A stretch of 64,000 nucleotides of DNA from Lama glama (GCA_028534125.1 CM052816.1:91452001-91516000), one strand, 5' to 3'. Counted from the first letter of the stretch, positions 39,083-52,130 are shown. The notes: generated from the sequence alone by a model not told the origin. Program-made: numbers and translations.

Positions 39083-39463
39083 GTCTTAACTATTTCAAAT
39101 TAAAAAATTTCAAAAACATACCATGACTTTACTTAATTAAAAAAAAAAACTAAGGGAAAAAAGAAAAAAGAGGATACTAATGAACTCATCTATAAAACAG
39201 AAACAGACTCACAGACATAACAAACAATTTTATGATTACCAGGGGAAAGGGAGTAGGAAGGGAGAAATTGGGGAGTTTGAGATTTGCAAAGGTTAATCAT
39301 TATATATAAAAATAGGTAAAAAAAACAATTTTATCTGTATAGCACTGGGAACTATGTTAAATATCTTGTAATAACCTTTAATGAAAAAGAATATATATTT
39401 ATATACATATATATGCATGACTGAGGCATTGTGCTGTACACCAGAAACTGACTATACTTCAAT

Positions 39464-39515
<52 letters not shown>
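39083..39515 (+). mobile_element. Truncated lineage-specific L1 3' end with (TAAA)12 tail
   Basis: aatgaactcatctataaaacagaaacagactcacagacata...gctgtacaccagaaactgac; (TAAA)n at 39465-39515; TSD-like aataaggatttgttttgt / aataagatttgctctgt. Confidence 0.88.
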
Positions 39516-40004
39516 GATTTGCTCTGTAAAAGGATAATGTGTGTAAAGTGTGTATTATGGTGTCTGGTACGTCTTTCCTACTCCCTTCAGTTCTTTACTT
39601 ACCTTCCTTTTACCTTTTTCAGAACTTAGAAACGTGCAGGACTGTTCCTTAACTTTCCTATGACGATTGTGATGAGTAACTGATGTCTAATGCTCCAATA
39701 TTCTCCAGGGAGGGGAATCCACGTAGAGGGAAGTGCGATGTTCTTTTCTGTGCTCCACTCCCACCCACACTCCGACAGCCTAGTGAACATACAAACAAAA
39801 CAGTGACCCAGGCTCTTGTGAAAGGGGCTTGTATCCAGTGAGATCTAGCATATTTCAGCCTAAGGGTTGGCTGAGCTCCCATTTCCAATCTGTCGTTGGG
39901 GGAGTTGAGTTCTTTATTTGCTGTTGTTTTAAGGAAAAGGAAAAGGGTGCAAAGTAGGAAGTAGTTTTTATGAAGCCACACTTCATCTTACACAAAGACA
40001 AAAT

Positions 40005-40235
40005 CGTAATAATAAAAACTAACTCATATTAGGTCTTTATTACTGTCCAGCCTCTGTTTAAGCACTTTACAAATATTAGCTTATGTAACTCTCACAACAG
40101 CCCCATGAAATGGTTTTCATAGATGAGAAAACTGAAGTGCTGAGAGAGTTTAAGTCCAAGGTTACAAGTGGCAGGGCCAGGATTTGAACCCAGGATGTGT
40201 GGGATCAAAGTCTATGCTTTTAATTTCTGAGCTAC
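40005..40235 (-). mobile_element. MIR SINE
   Basis: taagcactttacaaatattagcttatgtaactctcacaacagccccatga...gatgagaaaactgaag...ggatttgaacccagg. Confidence 0.85.
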
Positions 40236-42321
40236 TTGTCATAACTGCATAGACATGCATCATAACTTCCTATACATGTGTCATCACCAAGAAAAATTTG
40301 GAAACTATTTTAAATTTAAATAGTACTAATGACTTTTCTAAAATCCATGTCTTAATGTAGGAGGTGGTCATAGAAGAAAACACAAAGCAATTTGCAGACA
40401 ATAGAATATAATAAAACATCACAAAGTGCCATGCTCAAGGGAGAAAAAGCATTATTTCAACTTCAAAAGCTATAATTTGAGAGATTCTATGGGAGGTATA
40501 GCTCCCCACCTTCCTTATAGGAACCATCCACCTTTGGAAGTTCCTGCAGAGTAAGACCCCTCGGGCAGCCAGATCAAGCAAATTAGAACAATGGAGAACA
40601 ATGGCCAACCTTCACATCCAACTGAAGTGTGACTCTCCACACTTGACCTCTATGAAAAGATTTACTGGATGAAGAAAAGAGAACGGTAGTCAGGGTCAAA
40701 CAGAGAATTTTGCCTCAAATGTAGAGAAGCTTTAAAGCAAAAATTAGGTGAACTTGTCCAGCCTGGCCTGCAGGCAGGTGCCACGGAGCTGGGGGGTTCT
40801 GCTTCCATGTTTCTGTGTATGTTTAAAAGGCTTTCTCATTTACCTTTCTGCCAAAGATATCTAAATGCATTCAAAAGGCTTGGGTTTCCCATTTGCTGTA
40901 TACACCCCCAGGCTCAGACTCGTATACAGAACTCTGGGAAGTTCAGGGCTTGTGTTCAGCACATTAAAAATCCTAACACATTAACAAGGGCAATACGTTC
41001 ATCAAGTGAGTATTTGGCTTAATGTAGAGATTCACCGTAGAGCTGACCATTTCCATAAACATACTTGAAAACCATGCAATTTTTTCTCATTTCAACTCTG
41101 GCCTTGAGCTCTGTTCACCGCCACTGATTTCTGGCTCTGCTTCCTGAGTGAAGATTTTCTCAGGTCCCACCCAGGACAGAGGGCTCTAGAGACAAGACCA
41201 GAGCCAGCAGAGGAGTGTTAACATTTCATTGGTCAATGGTGACATCATACTGTAAATATTTGACTCTGGGATTAGCCTAATTGAAAACATGCCTCCCTTC
41301 TCCAAACACCACTGTAACAATGATTGTCTCTTACAGCTGTAAAATTTTTCTTCAAGTACACTTGTCAGTGTATCAATGTTTTTCTCAATATATGATTTTA
41401 TTCTGTTCTGTTCATATGCAAGGACAGTGTTCAGTAACTAACTGATTAACCAGTGTGTCCCCATTTTATGCTGCCCAAATGTCCTTAATCTCTATTCACT
41501 GGATTTTTCAGGAAAACGTGTGCACAAGGACGAGCCTGAGTACGTGTATGTGTTACATATGCGTGTGTGCACGTGCGTTGATGAGTCTATTAGCATAAAT
41601 ATTTCAACATAGTTACAGAATGGAATGTCGGTGGACCACTTTATTATTGTTCAAAACAATGTATTATATTACTACAGAGCCATTTCGGATTTCACAGAGA
41701 GTCTTAAACTTGGAAGAAATATAGAAAATTCTCTAGTTCAAATCTTATAATACATTTCATGATACAAAATAAAAAGCAATTTTTAAAACCACCAAATCGT
41801 AAGTTCATGACATCTTCTTTCGAAAAGAACCTGCACTTTTTGCTAGTGCTCGGTCTTTTGCTCTGTCTCACTTTTTATTAAGCTTTTAAATCCTCATCTG
41901 CATGTATTGTATTTTGTGTGCCCTTATTTCCTCTGCTTTGACTCTTACTGTATCTTATTACTGTTCCTGTTTTAAAGGCATCATTCTTCTTGTAGACTTT
42001 TATTTTCTTCTACATTGTCTACGTTCTTTTTCCCGTTTAAGAAAATATTACACACCCTAATGGATCTGAATCAGGAGAGAAAAGGAACTGTGGATTCTGG
42101 CACCCCACCCCCATATGAACAGCTCCTTAATAGAAAGTTGAATACCTCCATGACCGTTGGAGGCTACCACGAGATAATTAAGGTATCATTTCACCAGTGG
42201 CTCCAATACTGAGCACATCAGCTTCAGATTCATCAGATTCCCCAAAAGGCTTCCCCATCACAGGACAGTGATTTTAAAGTGGAAAGTAAAATAACACTGT
42301 AGTTGTCAAGAACTTTGTCTC

Positions 42322-42823
42322 TGTGAATGAAAAATGTCACCAGCCATATCAGTAAACAAAGGATGCTGTGGCCATCAAGTCATCAGCTGCTACCGCCACC
42401 CCCAACAGTGAGCAGAGGGAACTCAGGATGCCAACAAGCAGGCAGCCTGGCCTCTGCAGCCCCCACCAACCATGCCCCTGAGGGAACTCAGGATGTTGAA
42501 GAACAGAGTACCGGCCCCAGATAGCCAGGTGCATATCAAAGTAATGATTTCAATGAGCCCAGACCTGTGTACCTTCCCGTAAGTAGAAAAGCACTAAATT
42601 CCTTAACTTGAGAGATCTGGTTTTCTTTAACTAACAGTAATCTTTTGATGTTCCGACTACCCGGTCTTTGATGCAAAAACTCACATATCCTGGCTTCTAC
42701 CTTGCCACTTTGGAACAGTCTTTTAGCATCTGAGATGCTGTGTCCTGGGCTGAGTCCTCAGAAAGTCTGCCGAATAAAACATAACTCTCAACTTTGAGAT
42801 TGTGCATTTTATTTCAGTTGGCA
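42322..42823 (+). mobile_element. ERV1-type solo LTR, complete, with 4-bp TSD
   Basis: TG...CA termini flanked by TCTC at 42318-42321 and 42824-42827; AATAAA near the 3' end; internal duplication of gagggaactcaggatg. Confidence 0.9.
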
Positions 42824-42964
42824 TCTCCAAATCCCAATGAGAAATGCTTATAAGCCATCTGAACCATATGGAGAACTTCTAAGGGGCCTCTTTATCTCCA
42901 AAGCCCAAACCCAAATCTGTGGTTTCATCTTTGTAAGAAAAGGATGATCGAATATGCATGGGGG

Positions 42965-43317
42965 CGAGAGGTGTGGACTCTGAGTGCAGTCACAAATGTC
43001 CTTATAAGAGGGAGGTCTGACAGAGAAGAAGAAAGCAACGTGACCACTGAAGCAAGATGCTGCTGCTGGCTTTGAAGATGGAGGAAAGGGCCAGGAGCCG
43101 AGCAATGCAAGGGATGCAGCTCTAGAAGCTGGTAAAGGGGAGGGCATCGATTTTCCCCTGGAGCCTCTAAGGAAGTGTGGCCCTGCTAACACCTTGCTTT
43201 CAGCCCAGTGAAACTGATTTCAGACTTCTGACCCCCAGAGTTTTAAGAGAATAAATGTATATTGTTTTAACTCTTCAAGTTGGTTGTAATTTGTTACAGC
43301 AGCAATAGGAACCTAAT
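42965..43317 (+). mobile_element. MaLR LTR, MLT1D-like 3' part
   Basis: gtccttataagagggagg...gctggctttgaagatggagg...cagcccagtgaaactgatttcagacttctgacc...taatttgttacagcagcaataggaa. Confidence 0.85.
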
Positions 43318-43626
43318 CTTCCATGTGACTGAGTTTAAGCCAATGGAATGTAAGCAGATAGAGCATGTTTTCAGGCATGGTCTGTAATAGTGGCCCACGT
43401 AGTTTCCCCAAAGCTCTTTGTGACTGGGTGGAGAAAAGCATGACAACCTTAGAAGCTCCATGTTCAAGACATCAGAGCTTCCCGCGCCCTCGAAAAACTG
43501 TGGAGAGAAAAATAAACCCTGATCTGGAACTGCTCATCAAGAAATAAATCTCCACTGTGTGGAAACTGTGACTCCTTTCTGAGATGATTTGTTACAGTGG
43601 TTGGTGGGTTGGTGTCATCCTAAATA
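43318..43626 (+). mobile_element. Old MaLR LTR fragment (MLT1H-like)
   Basis: ccatgtgactgagtttaagccaatggaatgtaagcaga ... gaaataaa ... tttgttacag. Confidence 0.55.
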
Positions 43627-43937
43627 GGGCAGCTTGTATATGGTTTCTTTTACCCTCAGTATCATTCTTTTATTAATAGATTTATTCTCTTCCCTCCTGG
43701 GCAAAGCCAATCTTGGCCCTCACTAGATGAAATTGAAATGGCTGATCATACCAAGTATGCGTACAAAATTACACTTTGTGTTCTTTTCGCCTCTGATGGT
43801 ACCGCTCCTGAGAAAATGTACACAGAGGGGACTGATGGTCTGAAGCAGCAGTAGGGCAGCCTGAAAATGTCAGTTGGGTGTTTACTATCTGGTATTTCAT
43901 ATTCTTCTTAGAGGGAAATAGCAAAAAGAGTAAGACC

Positions 43938-43961
43938 CTATCGATCTATCTCCCTATCTCC

Positions 43962-44012
<51 letters not shown>

Positions 44013-44030
44013 CCTATCTATCTATCTATA
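43938..44030. repeat. (CTAT)n / GATA tetranucleotide STR
   Basis: About 12 perfect CTAT units plus degenerate flanks. Confidence 0.95.
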
Positions 44031-44224
44031 GCTACTATATAAATACTCATCCAGTCTTCTCACTGAACATGTGATAGATAGATGGACAGGTAGATGATAG
44101 TTATAAATATATACACCTACATAGATATATAGGTATATATGTGTGTGGTGTGTGTGTGATTTTAGAACAGAACCTAGAACCCTGTGTTGTGTTGTATGAG
44201 TTTTTGCCATTATTACGATAAAGG

Positions 44225-44520
44225 CAAAGGAAGTACAAGGTGCTATGAAATTCCATAGCTGGAGAATATAACTTTATCTGGGAGATGAAAAATGTCTCAT
44301 GTAGCAAATTATTGATCTCTGAAGACAGGGTGGATGGTCAGCAATCAAAAGGGAGGGAAAACAGAACACACAAAATCTCTGAGACAGGAAGGCAGCACCC
44401 GTGTTTTAGAGGAACAAAAAGAAGTTCGTTGTGGCCAGAGCAATGTGTGAAGTGAAAAAGGGGAGGCAAGAGTTGCAGCTGGAGAGGAAAGCAGAGGCCA
44501 AGGGTAGAGTCAAAACGGTG
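44225..44520 (-). mobile_element. L2 fragment
   Basis: ggaagtacaaggtgctatgaa...gtgttttagaggaacaaaaagaag...gtggccagagca. Confidence 0.55.
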
Positions 44521-46601
44521 TGGTGTTTACCCCCACCATTTCTGATCACTAAGATTGACATGATGGCCAAATGTGATTTTTGTTTATAAAATAACATCCA
44601 TTGATAAACCATTATTTTCAGAATTGACATGTGGAACAATGTATATACTATTTTAGAGAAACTTTGATGGGTTCCAATGAACTCAGTTTGCTTTTCTGGT
44701 TTGTTTCCAATCTTTATACATCAAACGTAATAAGCTATAAGTTACTGGAAAAAAAAAAAACAGAGCAAAGCCAGCCTCCTCAGAATTTCACTTCCCATCA
44801 CCACCTGAGGTGAACATGAGGCCCCAGGCTTCCTCGTCCAGTATGTGAGCTCAGTGGCTGGGGGACCATCCTGGGCCAGGAGACAACTGCCCATGATGTC
44901 AACCATGCAAAGAGGGAAACTTCAGCTCACGCTGATTTACTGGTCCTCGACCTCTTCTCTCTTCAAGGTGTCCTGAAATGTCGGTGTAGTGAGACGCATC
45001 TCTCAGGGACATGAGCCAACCCAGTGCCATAATGCGCAGAAGTCATTTCACGGCACTTCATTGGTTCTAAAATCCAACCGAGATGCTCTGTAATGTCATA
45101 TACAACAGAATTTGAGAGGCTGGCTTTGCTTTCTGTGAGGGGAGCTGAATCATCTCCCACAGTCTTGTTACAAGTGCCTGCTCAGACCACAGTAGCAACC
45201 GACACCGGATCTCGAATCTTGGCCGCTTCATGCTTCCCAGCTAGAGACCAGAGCATCGGGTGTTCTCCCAGCATAGGGGAGCCCGTGTTCTGCCTTGAAA
45301 AAAATCAATGTTTTGACTTTCACAGCATCCCCATTGTGTAATGTGCATTCAGTCCCTCACTATGGGTAGTTTGATTTCTATCAAACGTACCTGGAGCTAT
45401 TTTTTCCCCTTTTTCTATGGGAACAGTTGCTGAATTTTACTGAGATCACTCTAGGATTTATTTTTCTGTTAAAAATAATGTAATAAACATTGTTTGCCCA
45501 GAGTTGGCATTTTGGCTAGATCACACAACACAAAGGTGGGTTGGAAGACTTAGGTTATTGTTAATAGTTGATGTAAGAACATTTTGTAATCGTCAAGGTG
45601 TTTTGCAAACAGTTGTTATTTCTGTTGCTCTCATTCTGGCTGTTCAGCACTCCGGCCACAGACTGAGAAAGATGTGGTTACCAAGATGGGAAACGACTTT
45701 AACTCTCACGAGCCAAACTTGACTGACCAACTTTGAAGGAAAAGAAGCACTCTTTATGTGTTTGAAGAGGTGGGAGGCCTGGCCTTTCAACTGACAGATG
45801 TCAGCAGAGATTCCTTAGCTTAAAGGAATTGTTTTCAGCATCTGAAGGAGGAGAAGATAATTCAAAGTGAAGCTGCCTGTTCTGGTCTAAGGATAATATC
45901 GGGAATAAACCTCCTCACAGAGGGCTTTTAATAATCACCACGCATCTGCATCGGAGTGAGACAGAGAAAACACATCCCATTGCGGGCTGCTAGTTATCAC
46001 TAGCACTGATTTCTCTGGTCACCTCTCCTGGTTTGAATTGGAGATAAGCAGGCAACGGAGAAGAGATGAAGAGAATCGATGAAGCTACCAGCGGATGACG
46101 TCTTGGCTTTGAGAGATGCTAAATAATCTCCTCTTCCATACGGGAGAGACTTTATTTCTCCTGGGAGTTTATGTGATATTGATTACAGAATAATTTCTGA
46201 TGATTTTCAAGAGGAACCAAGGCCAAGAGTCAAAATTCATTGTGCACTTGAAATTTGCGGTGCAATTATTTTGTATAATCAGACATGAAAGCCGGCTGAA
46301 GAAGTACAAGATAAAAGCCTCCATTTCCTGGCACTGCAGTGTCTGTGTCCAGTGTTTGCCATCTGTGCCCAGGGGCTTGTGTGTGTTACACATCCAGACA
46401 CCACTCAGAGAGAGAAGTTGGTTTCTGCCTTGGCTTTATACCTTGAACTGAGAGCTGGCCCTGCCTCTCCAAAGTCATTCATCTGCTGTTGGTGATGCTT
46501 AAGCCCAGAGATCTCCGCTGTGCTTCCCTGAACCCCTCCTTCGGTAAGATCCATCTCCCGTAAGATTCTCATCAAGAATGATATCCACTCAGATTGGCTG
46601 G

Positions 46602-46980
46602 TGCCATGAGCTGAATAATTCTTTCCCCTCAAAATCCATACGTTGAAGCTGTTAACTCCCAAAGTGATGGAATTACAAGGTGGGGCCTGTGGGAAGTCAT
46701 GTGGGTGGGGCCCCATGAGGAGATGAATGTTCTTAAAAGAAGAGACTGTATGAGATTAGAGTTCTCGCTCGCTCTCTCTCCCCTCCTTCTCTCTCTCTCC
46801 TTCTGCCATGTGAGGACCCAGCAAGAAGGTCCCATCTGCAAACCAGGAAGCAGGCTCTCACCAGACATTGAATTGCCCGCTGCCTTGATTATGGCCCTCC
46901 CAGCCTCCAGAGCTGTGAGAAATAAGTTTACTGTTTACGTTACTCAGGATGGTATTGGTTATACCAGTCTGAACTGATGA
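46602..46980 (+). mobile_element. MaLR solo LTR, MLT1A-like
   Basis: tgccatgagctgaat...ctgccatgtgaggac...cccagcctccagagctgtgagaaataa. Confidence 0.85.
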
Positions 46981-47119
46981 AGGTGAAGAATTTTAGCAAG
47001 TGTCTGCATAGGAGGGTACTGGTTAGTAAACAATTTAGGCTCTATCTACAACAAGATATTGACTACAAACACCTCAGAAGGTGGACCCCCAGAGCAGGGT
47101 GAACGAGAAATGAGAGGGA

Positions 47120-47365
47120 AGGAGCCTGACTGTCGAGCTGGGACATTGGTCTTCTCCTGCCCTTGGACTAGAACTTAGAGGAGACTTGGCTCTCCTGGTT
47201 CTCAGGCCTTTGGACTCAGACTAGAACTATACCACCAGCTTGCCAACTGCAGATCTTGGGATGTCTCGGCCTCCATAATCATGTAAGCTAACTTCCTATA
47301 ATAAATATTACTTATATACATGTATCTCCTATGGATTTTCTTTCTCTAAAGAACCCTAAGACACA
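47120..47365 (+). mobile_element. ERVL LTR, MLT2-like 3' part
   Basis: gagctgggacattggtcttctcctgcccttggact...ctcctggttctcaggcctttggactcagact...gcctccataatcatgtaagc...gaaccctaa. Confidence 0.85.
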
Positions 47366-48114
47366 GGACTAGGCTCAGCCAGGACAGAGGGCCAGCGCTG
47401 GGACAGAAAGGTTACCCTACAGTTCTGCAGCTGGCCTGATGACAAGGGTCTTGAGATCATTAATCACTAGGAGACAGTTGTCCAGACCCTGTTTCAGTGG
47501 CCTCACAAGAGAAGGTTTAGAAGACCAGGTGTACGAGTCTACTTTTCCTGTATATAGTGGTGGGGGGGTGGTCCTTCCCTGGAGCACAGGCCCTGAGGTG
47601 ATACAGCTCCCTGGTGGATTTCAGAACAAAATGACTGCTGGGGTGGAGGAGTGCTAGAAAAGTAGATCTAAGAAAAGGGCTGAAATTTTCGGCCTCGTAA
47701 AACTTGGAGACTTTCCATGCAAATTCTTTCCTGTTGTGGACTCTATATTTTTCTTCCAGTCCATCTGCCTCATTACTCCTGCACTGGGTCCCTCTTGACT
47801 TTTACCAACTTGTTTCACCAGAATGGTAGGCACACCAGCATTCAAGAGGACAGTTACCTTTCTAGGATTTGGCACGCAGATAGCTTACTCACATTTGTGA
47901 GGGTATCCACTAGGAGCCTGAGTGTGTCCTGTGCCATTTGCTTGCAGTTGGAAAGCAAGACTTTGACCACAAAGGGAGTGGAAGCTTCAATCATATGCAT
48001 CCGTCAGTGTATGTTATGTGGGTCCCCGCTGATGAAATGTGACCCTCCAGTAGACAGAATCCATATCTTCAGGTAGATTAGAAATGCTACTATTTAGCAG
48101 AGTTAAATAGACTC

Positions 48115-48589
48115 TGGTCCTTTCCCTCTTTCTTCTTCTGGTACTCCCATGATGCAGATATAGCACCTTCTACAGTGGTTCCACAGTCCTGGGGTATTCT
48201 GGGCTGTTTTCAAACTTTGCTCTATTTGTTCTTTGGTTCCGAGGATTCTATTGATATATCTTCCAGCTCTCAGAGTCTTTCTTTAACTGTGTCCAATCTA
48301 CTAATCAGCCCATCAAAGACAGTCTTCATTTCTATTATCATATTTTTTTTTAACTCTAGCATTTTTTTTTTGTTTGTTTTTCTTAGGATTTCTATCACTC
48401 TGCTTACTTTGCCCGCCTGGTCTTGCATGTTGCCTACTTTACCCATTCGAGCCCTTCAGCATCTTAATCATAGTTGTTTTAAATTCTTGGTCTGATGACT
48501 TCAACATCCCTGCCGTGTCTTGTTCTGATGCTTGCTCTGTGTCTTCAAATTGTGGTGGAGTTTCTTGTTTGTTTTTGGTTTAGAGGTAT

Positions 48590-48620
<31 letters not shown>

Positions 48621-49454
48621 TGCATGCATGCTTTTTGGTATGCCTTGTAATTTTTTTCTTACAGAATATTTTTCTTTTCTAATAGCTGGGTATCTTGTAC
48701 TGGGAAAAAGGAACTGCTGTAAATAAGCCTTTACCAATGAGCTGCTGAGGTGTGGGGCGAGGGGAAGCGTTCTGTAGTCTGTGATTGGGTCTCAGTCTTG
48801 GAGTGAGTCTGTGCCTCTCGGCTGTGAACTTCACAAGTGTTTCTCAGTTTTTTCTCCTCTTTTAGGTCGGACAGGGTGACTAGAGCCAGCAGGAGTTGGG
48901 TATTTCCCTCCTTCTCATCAGTCAAGCTCTGATAATGCCCCAGCAGGTTAGGCTCTGGTTAACCAGCTTCCCCTGAGGGCAGTCCTTGTTAAGGAGACCA
49001 GAATGCTCTGGCAGATTTTGAAATTTTTCCCCATCCCCTCCCCCTGCTGGAAGCCCAAGAGGATTTATTTAGGATAAGAATCCAGCTGAGCTCTTGGAGT
49101 TAAATCTCACAATATTGTGAGCATCCCCTTATGACTTGGTCCCTCTGGGGTTTTAAACTCTCAAGAGTTCCTGCACTGAGCCTTCAGCAATTCTTCAACT
49201 ATGGTTTAAGATTGCCTTAAACCGCTTGTTCCCATGCTGTTTCTACCCCAGAGTCTCTGCTCAGGGAAGCCTCCACTCCCTGGATGCGCCTGTCTGTCCC
49301 TCCAGACCCAGAGCAGCAGTTTGCCGTGTGTCCTCCCTTCTCTAATGGATCCAAGAAGAGTTGCTGACTTTTCAGTCTGTTCAGCTTGTTACTCGATGTT
49401 AGGACAGAGCGGCAACTTCCAAGCTCCTTATGTGGGGAATGGGAACTGGGAGAC
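48115..49454 (-). mobile_element. Ancient L1 5' region / ORF1 remnant (L1M4/L1MD-like)
   Basis: tcttcttctggtactccca...ttccagctc...tccaatctactaatcagcccatc...atcatagttgttttaaattcttggtctga resemble antisense old L1 5' ends. Confidence 0.7.
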
Positions 49455-50294
49455 TTAAAGAGACTGCTTGTGACCAAATCATGAAATGGGAAAAATAGTG
49501 TGAGGTCCTGAGACAAGCTAAGAAGAGGTGGCTTTGGGGAAAGCTAGATGGCTCTATTTTATTTAGTTCCAAAATTAGTCTTTTGAAGAGACTTTTTATT
49601 ATGAAATATTTCAGACTCAACACAAAGGACAAAGATCATGGTAGACAATTGTGTTTCAGCCATCTAAGAAAGAAAGGCAAGTTCCAATGCATCTGGAACT
49701 AAAGCTTTACATGATAAGCCACAAGAAATTACTTTCATTTCTAATCTATTCATATACTTTAGAACCGATGTCTGCAAATGTCAGTGCAAGTGTTTGTTTG
49801 AGCCTTATTAGATTCTCTCTCATTGTACAGCCACCTCTCTTCACTGGATGAAAACGACTCTTTGGGTGTTTCTAAGTCACATCAGCCCTCCAAAGATGAT
49901 AACTGTCCTCGATAAAGGAATGTCAAAGGAGTACATTACATTCTCTGAAGGCTGCCTCGGTGATGAGGTATTTGGGCAAAGAGAGTTTGCCCAAAAGCAA
50001 TATCTTTAGGTTCAGTGTGTAAATTCCCATGGTGGTAACTTTGAGGTGATGATAGTCACTTGACTATATAAATTCTTGAATGGCCAGAAACATCTGTCAC
50101 ATAATTTTATAGTTGGGATTATTTTCAAAGACCTTCGCGGAAGAAGCTCCCATAAATTTTCACTGTAAGATTTGAAACTCTTTCTTCTGGGAAGCACCTT
50201 TTTATATCAACCTTAAACCTCTTCTCCTGCAATTTAGGAGATTACATTCTGTTTGACCCTGAATCGTGACAGCAGCAGCTACAAGTCGATCCTC

Positions 50295-50460
50295 AAAACG
50301 GCTCCCTGCCTGTGAGGCGGGTAGGATTATAGCCCCTGTTTACAGATTGATAACATCGGGTCTAGTGAGATGAAGGACTTTACCCAAAGTCACACAGTTA
50401 AGATGGAGGAGAGCTGGGATTCCTGTGCACTCAGGATCTGACACCTTGAACCACTACTCT
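50295..50460 (-). mobile_element. MIR SINE
   Basis: ggtaggattatagcccctgtttacagat...cccaaagtcacacagtta...gagctgggatt. Confidence 0.75.
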
Positions 50461-51539
50461 CCAGATCCCCCCAACTAGAGAAGATGGCTTCTCAGACACA
50501 GGAGCTCATTTCTCCTGGATGTGGAAATGGACACGGATTTCCCACATACATAAAGAGAGCCCATCTTGGGATAGATAGATTGCTTTATCTTGAATTCCCC
50601 TGGGTCTTGTAAACTGATAAAATTGAGCAGCCCAGCAGAGAGCTATATATAAACTATCCGCCACATACCCATAGTGAACTGTTGTCTTCAAACGAGATTT
50701 CCCTAGAAAAGAGTTATTAACTCCATGTCCTTGGCAGATGCAGGACCCGGACCCTTACCACTGGTTGCTGGATGACTCATTGCCCTGGCCAGCCAGGATT
50801 ATAGATGCAAGGCCATAAGAGAAGGCCAAAAATAATCCTCTCCTTAAAATACCAAAGGACCCATTTTCAGCTTATCCCTGGGCCCTTGGGAGACACTATC
50901 ACAATAATTTATGCCACTACCATCCAAGAGAAAAGAGAAGACTCTTTTCCTCATTGCAGGACCCTAACCATGCACGACATACAGTTCTTGGGGGTTTTGC
51001 CATGGATATTTAGAACACACTTTGTGAAATACAAACATACATTAATAAATTGATGAGAAAATCTCAAGGGGCAAACTACACAAAAGTGAATGACTAATGG
51101 AACCTTAGTTGTGGATGCCACCTAGCATATTAATCCTACAGTGCTAACTTCCACTCCACACCACACACTAAACAGTCCCTTGATTTTGGGGAAACTATAA
51201 ACGCCACCCCAACCCCAGTTGCTGGTCAAAACTATCTTTGCCAAAAATCACTCAACGACCTCTCTGGTTTAACACCTTATTTAAATATCTCTTCTTTTTG
51301 GGCTGTTGCTTCTTGGGAAAGGTTTTAACAATGGCCTCCCCACCTCTTAATAATTTTAACTAAACTTCTTCTACGCGGCCAGTGTTCTACTTTTGCTTCA
51401 GTTCTATTGGAGAAGTTTAAAATCAGCTCGTTTTTCCCTGTCCTCTAGCATTACATTTAAGATTGGCCACAGCCAAATGGTAGACAGAGTTGTCTCCCTT
51501 GACTCTGGCATTGGGCTTGGTCACATGACTTTCATTGGC

Positions 51540-52130
51540 TGCAGTATTTTCTGTTGCTGTCATAACAAATTGCCACAAAGATATTGGCTTAAAAACACTT
51601 CCATTTACTGTCTCACAGTTTCTGTAGGTCAGAAGTCCAGTGGACTCAACAGAGACCTCTGTGCAGGGTCTCACGAGGCCTAAATCAAGGTAATGGAAAG
51701 ACTGGACTCTTATATGGAAGTTTTAGAGATGAGTCTACTTTGACCAAATTGTTGGTCAAATCCAGTTCCTTGTGACTATAAGACTGAAATCTTCACTTCC
51801 TCTGTGGCTGTCAGCTGAGGGTCAGTCTCTTCTCCTATGGATGTCCGCATTGCTTCTCAGAATTTCCATGTGGCCCCTCCAGCAGAGGTGGGCTGAGTGT
51901 CTTCCATGCTCTGAATCTCTCCAACTTTCCCTTCTGTTACCATTCTCTCACTTCAGCTGGAGGAAGCTCTCTGCTTTGAAGGACCCATGTGATTAGATTA
52001 AGGCCATCAGATTATCTTGGACAATATCCCAATTTTAAGATTCTTAATTTTAATTACATCTGTAAAGCCTCTTTTGCTATGTAATATATCATATTTACAG
52101 GTTTCTGTAAAAAATGTTCTGGCCAAGGGC
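51540..52130 (-). mobile_element. MaLR solo LTR, MLT1E-like
   Basis: ttgctgtcataacaaattgccacaaa...ctcacagtttctgtaggtcagaagtcc...ggctgtcagctgaggg...catgtgattagatt. Confidence 0.82.

Noticed and set aside
32925..42823. Full-length provirus between two similar LTRs ~9.4 kb apart
   Set aside because: The right LTR has its own TSD, the left LTR is embedded in an MLT1B that continues on both sides, and the interval holds MIR/L1 rather than gag/pol/env.
45643..45663. REST/NRSE-like site TTCAGCACTCCGGCCAC
   Set aside because: Mismatches at key positions of the GGACAG half-site.
51739..51760. 9-bp perfect hairpin tttgaccaa-attg-ttggtcaaa (also palindrome ccagatgcatctgg at 13831-13844)
   Set aside because: Short enough to arise by chance in 64 kb; the first lies inside an LTR.
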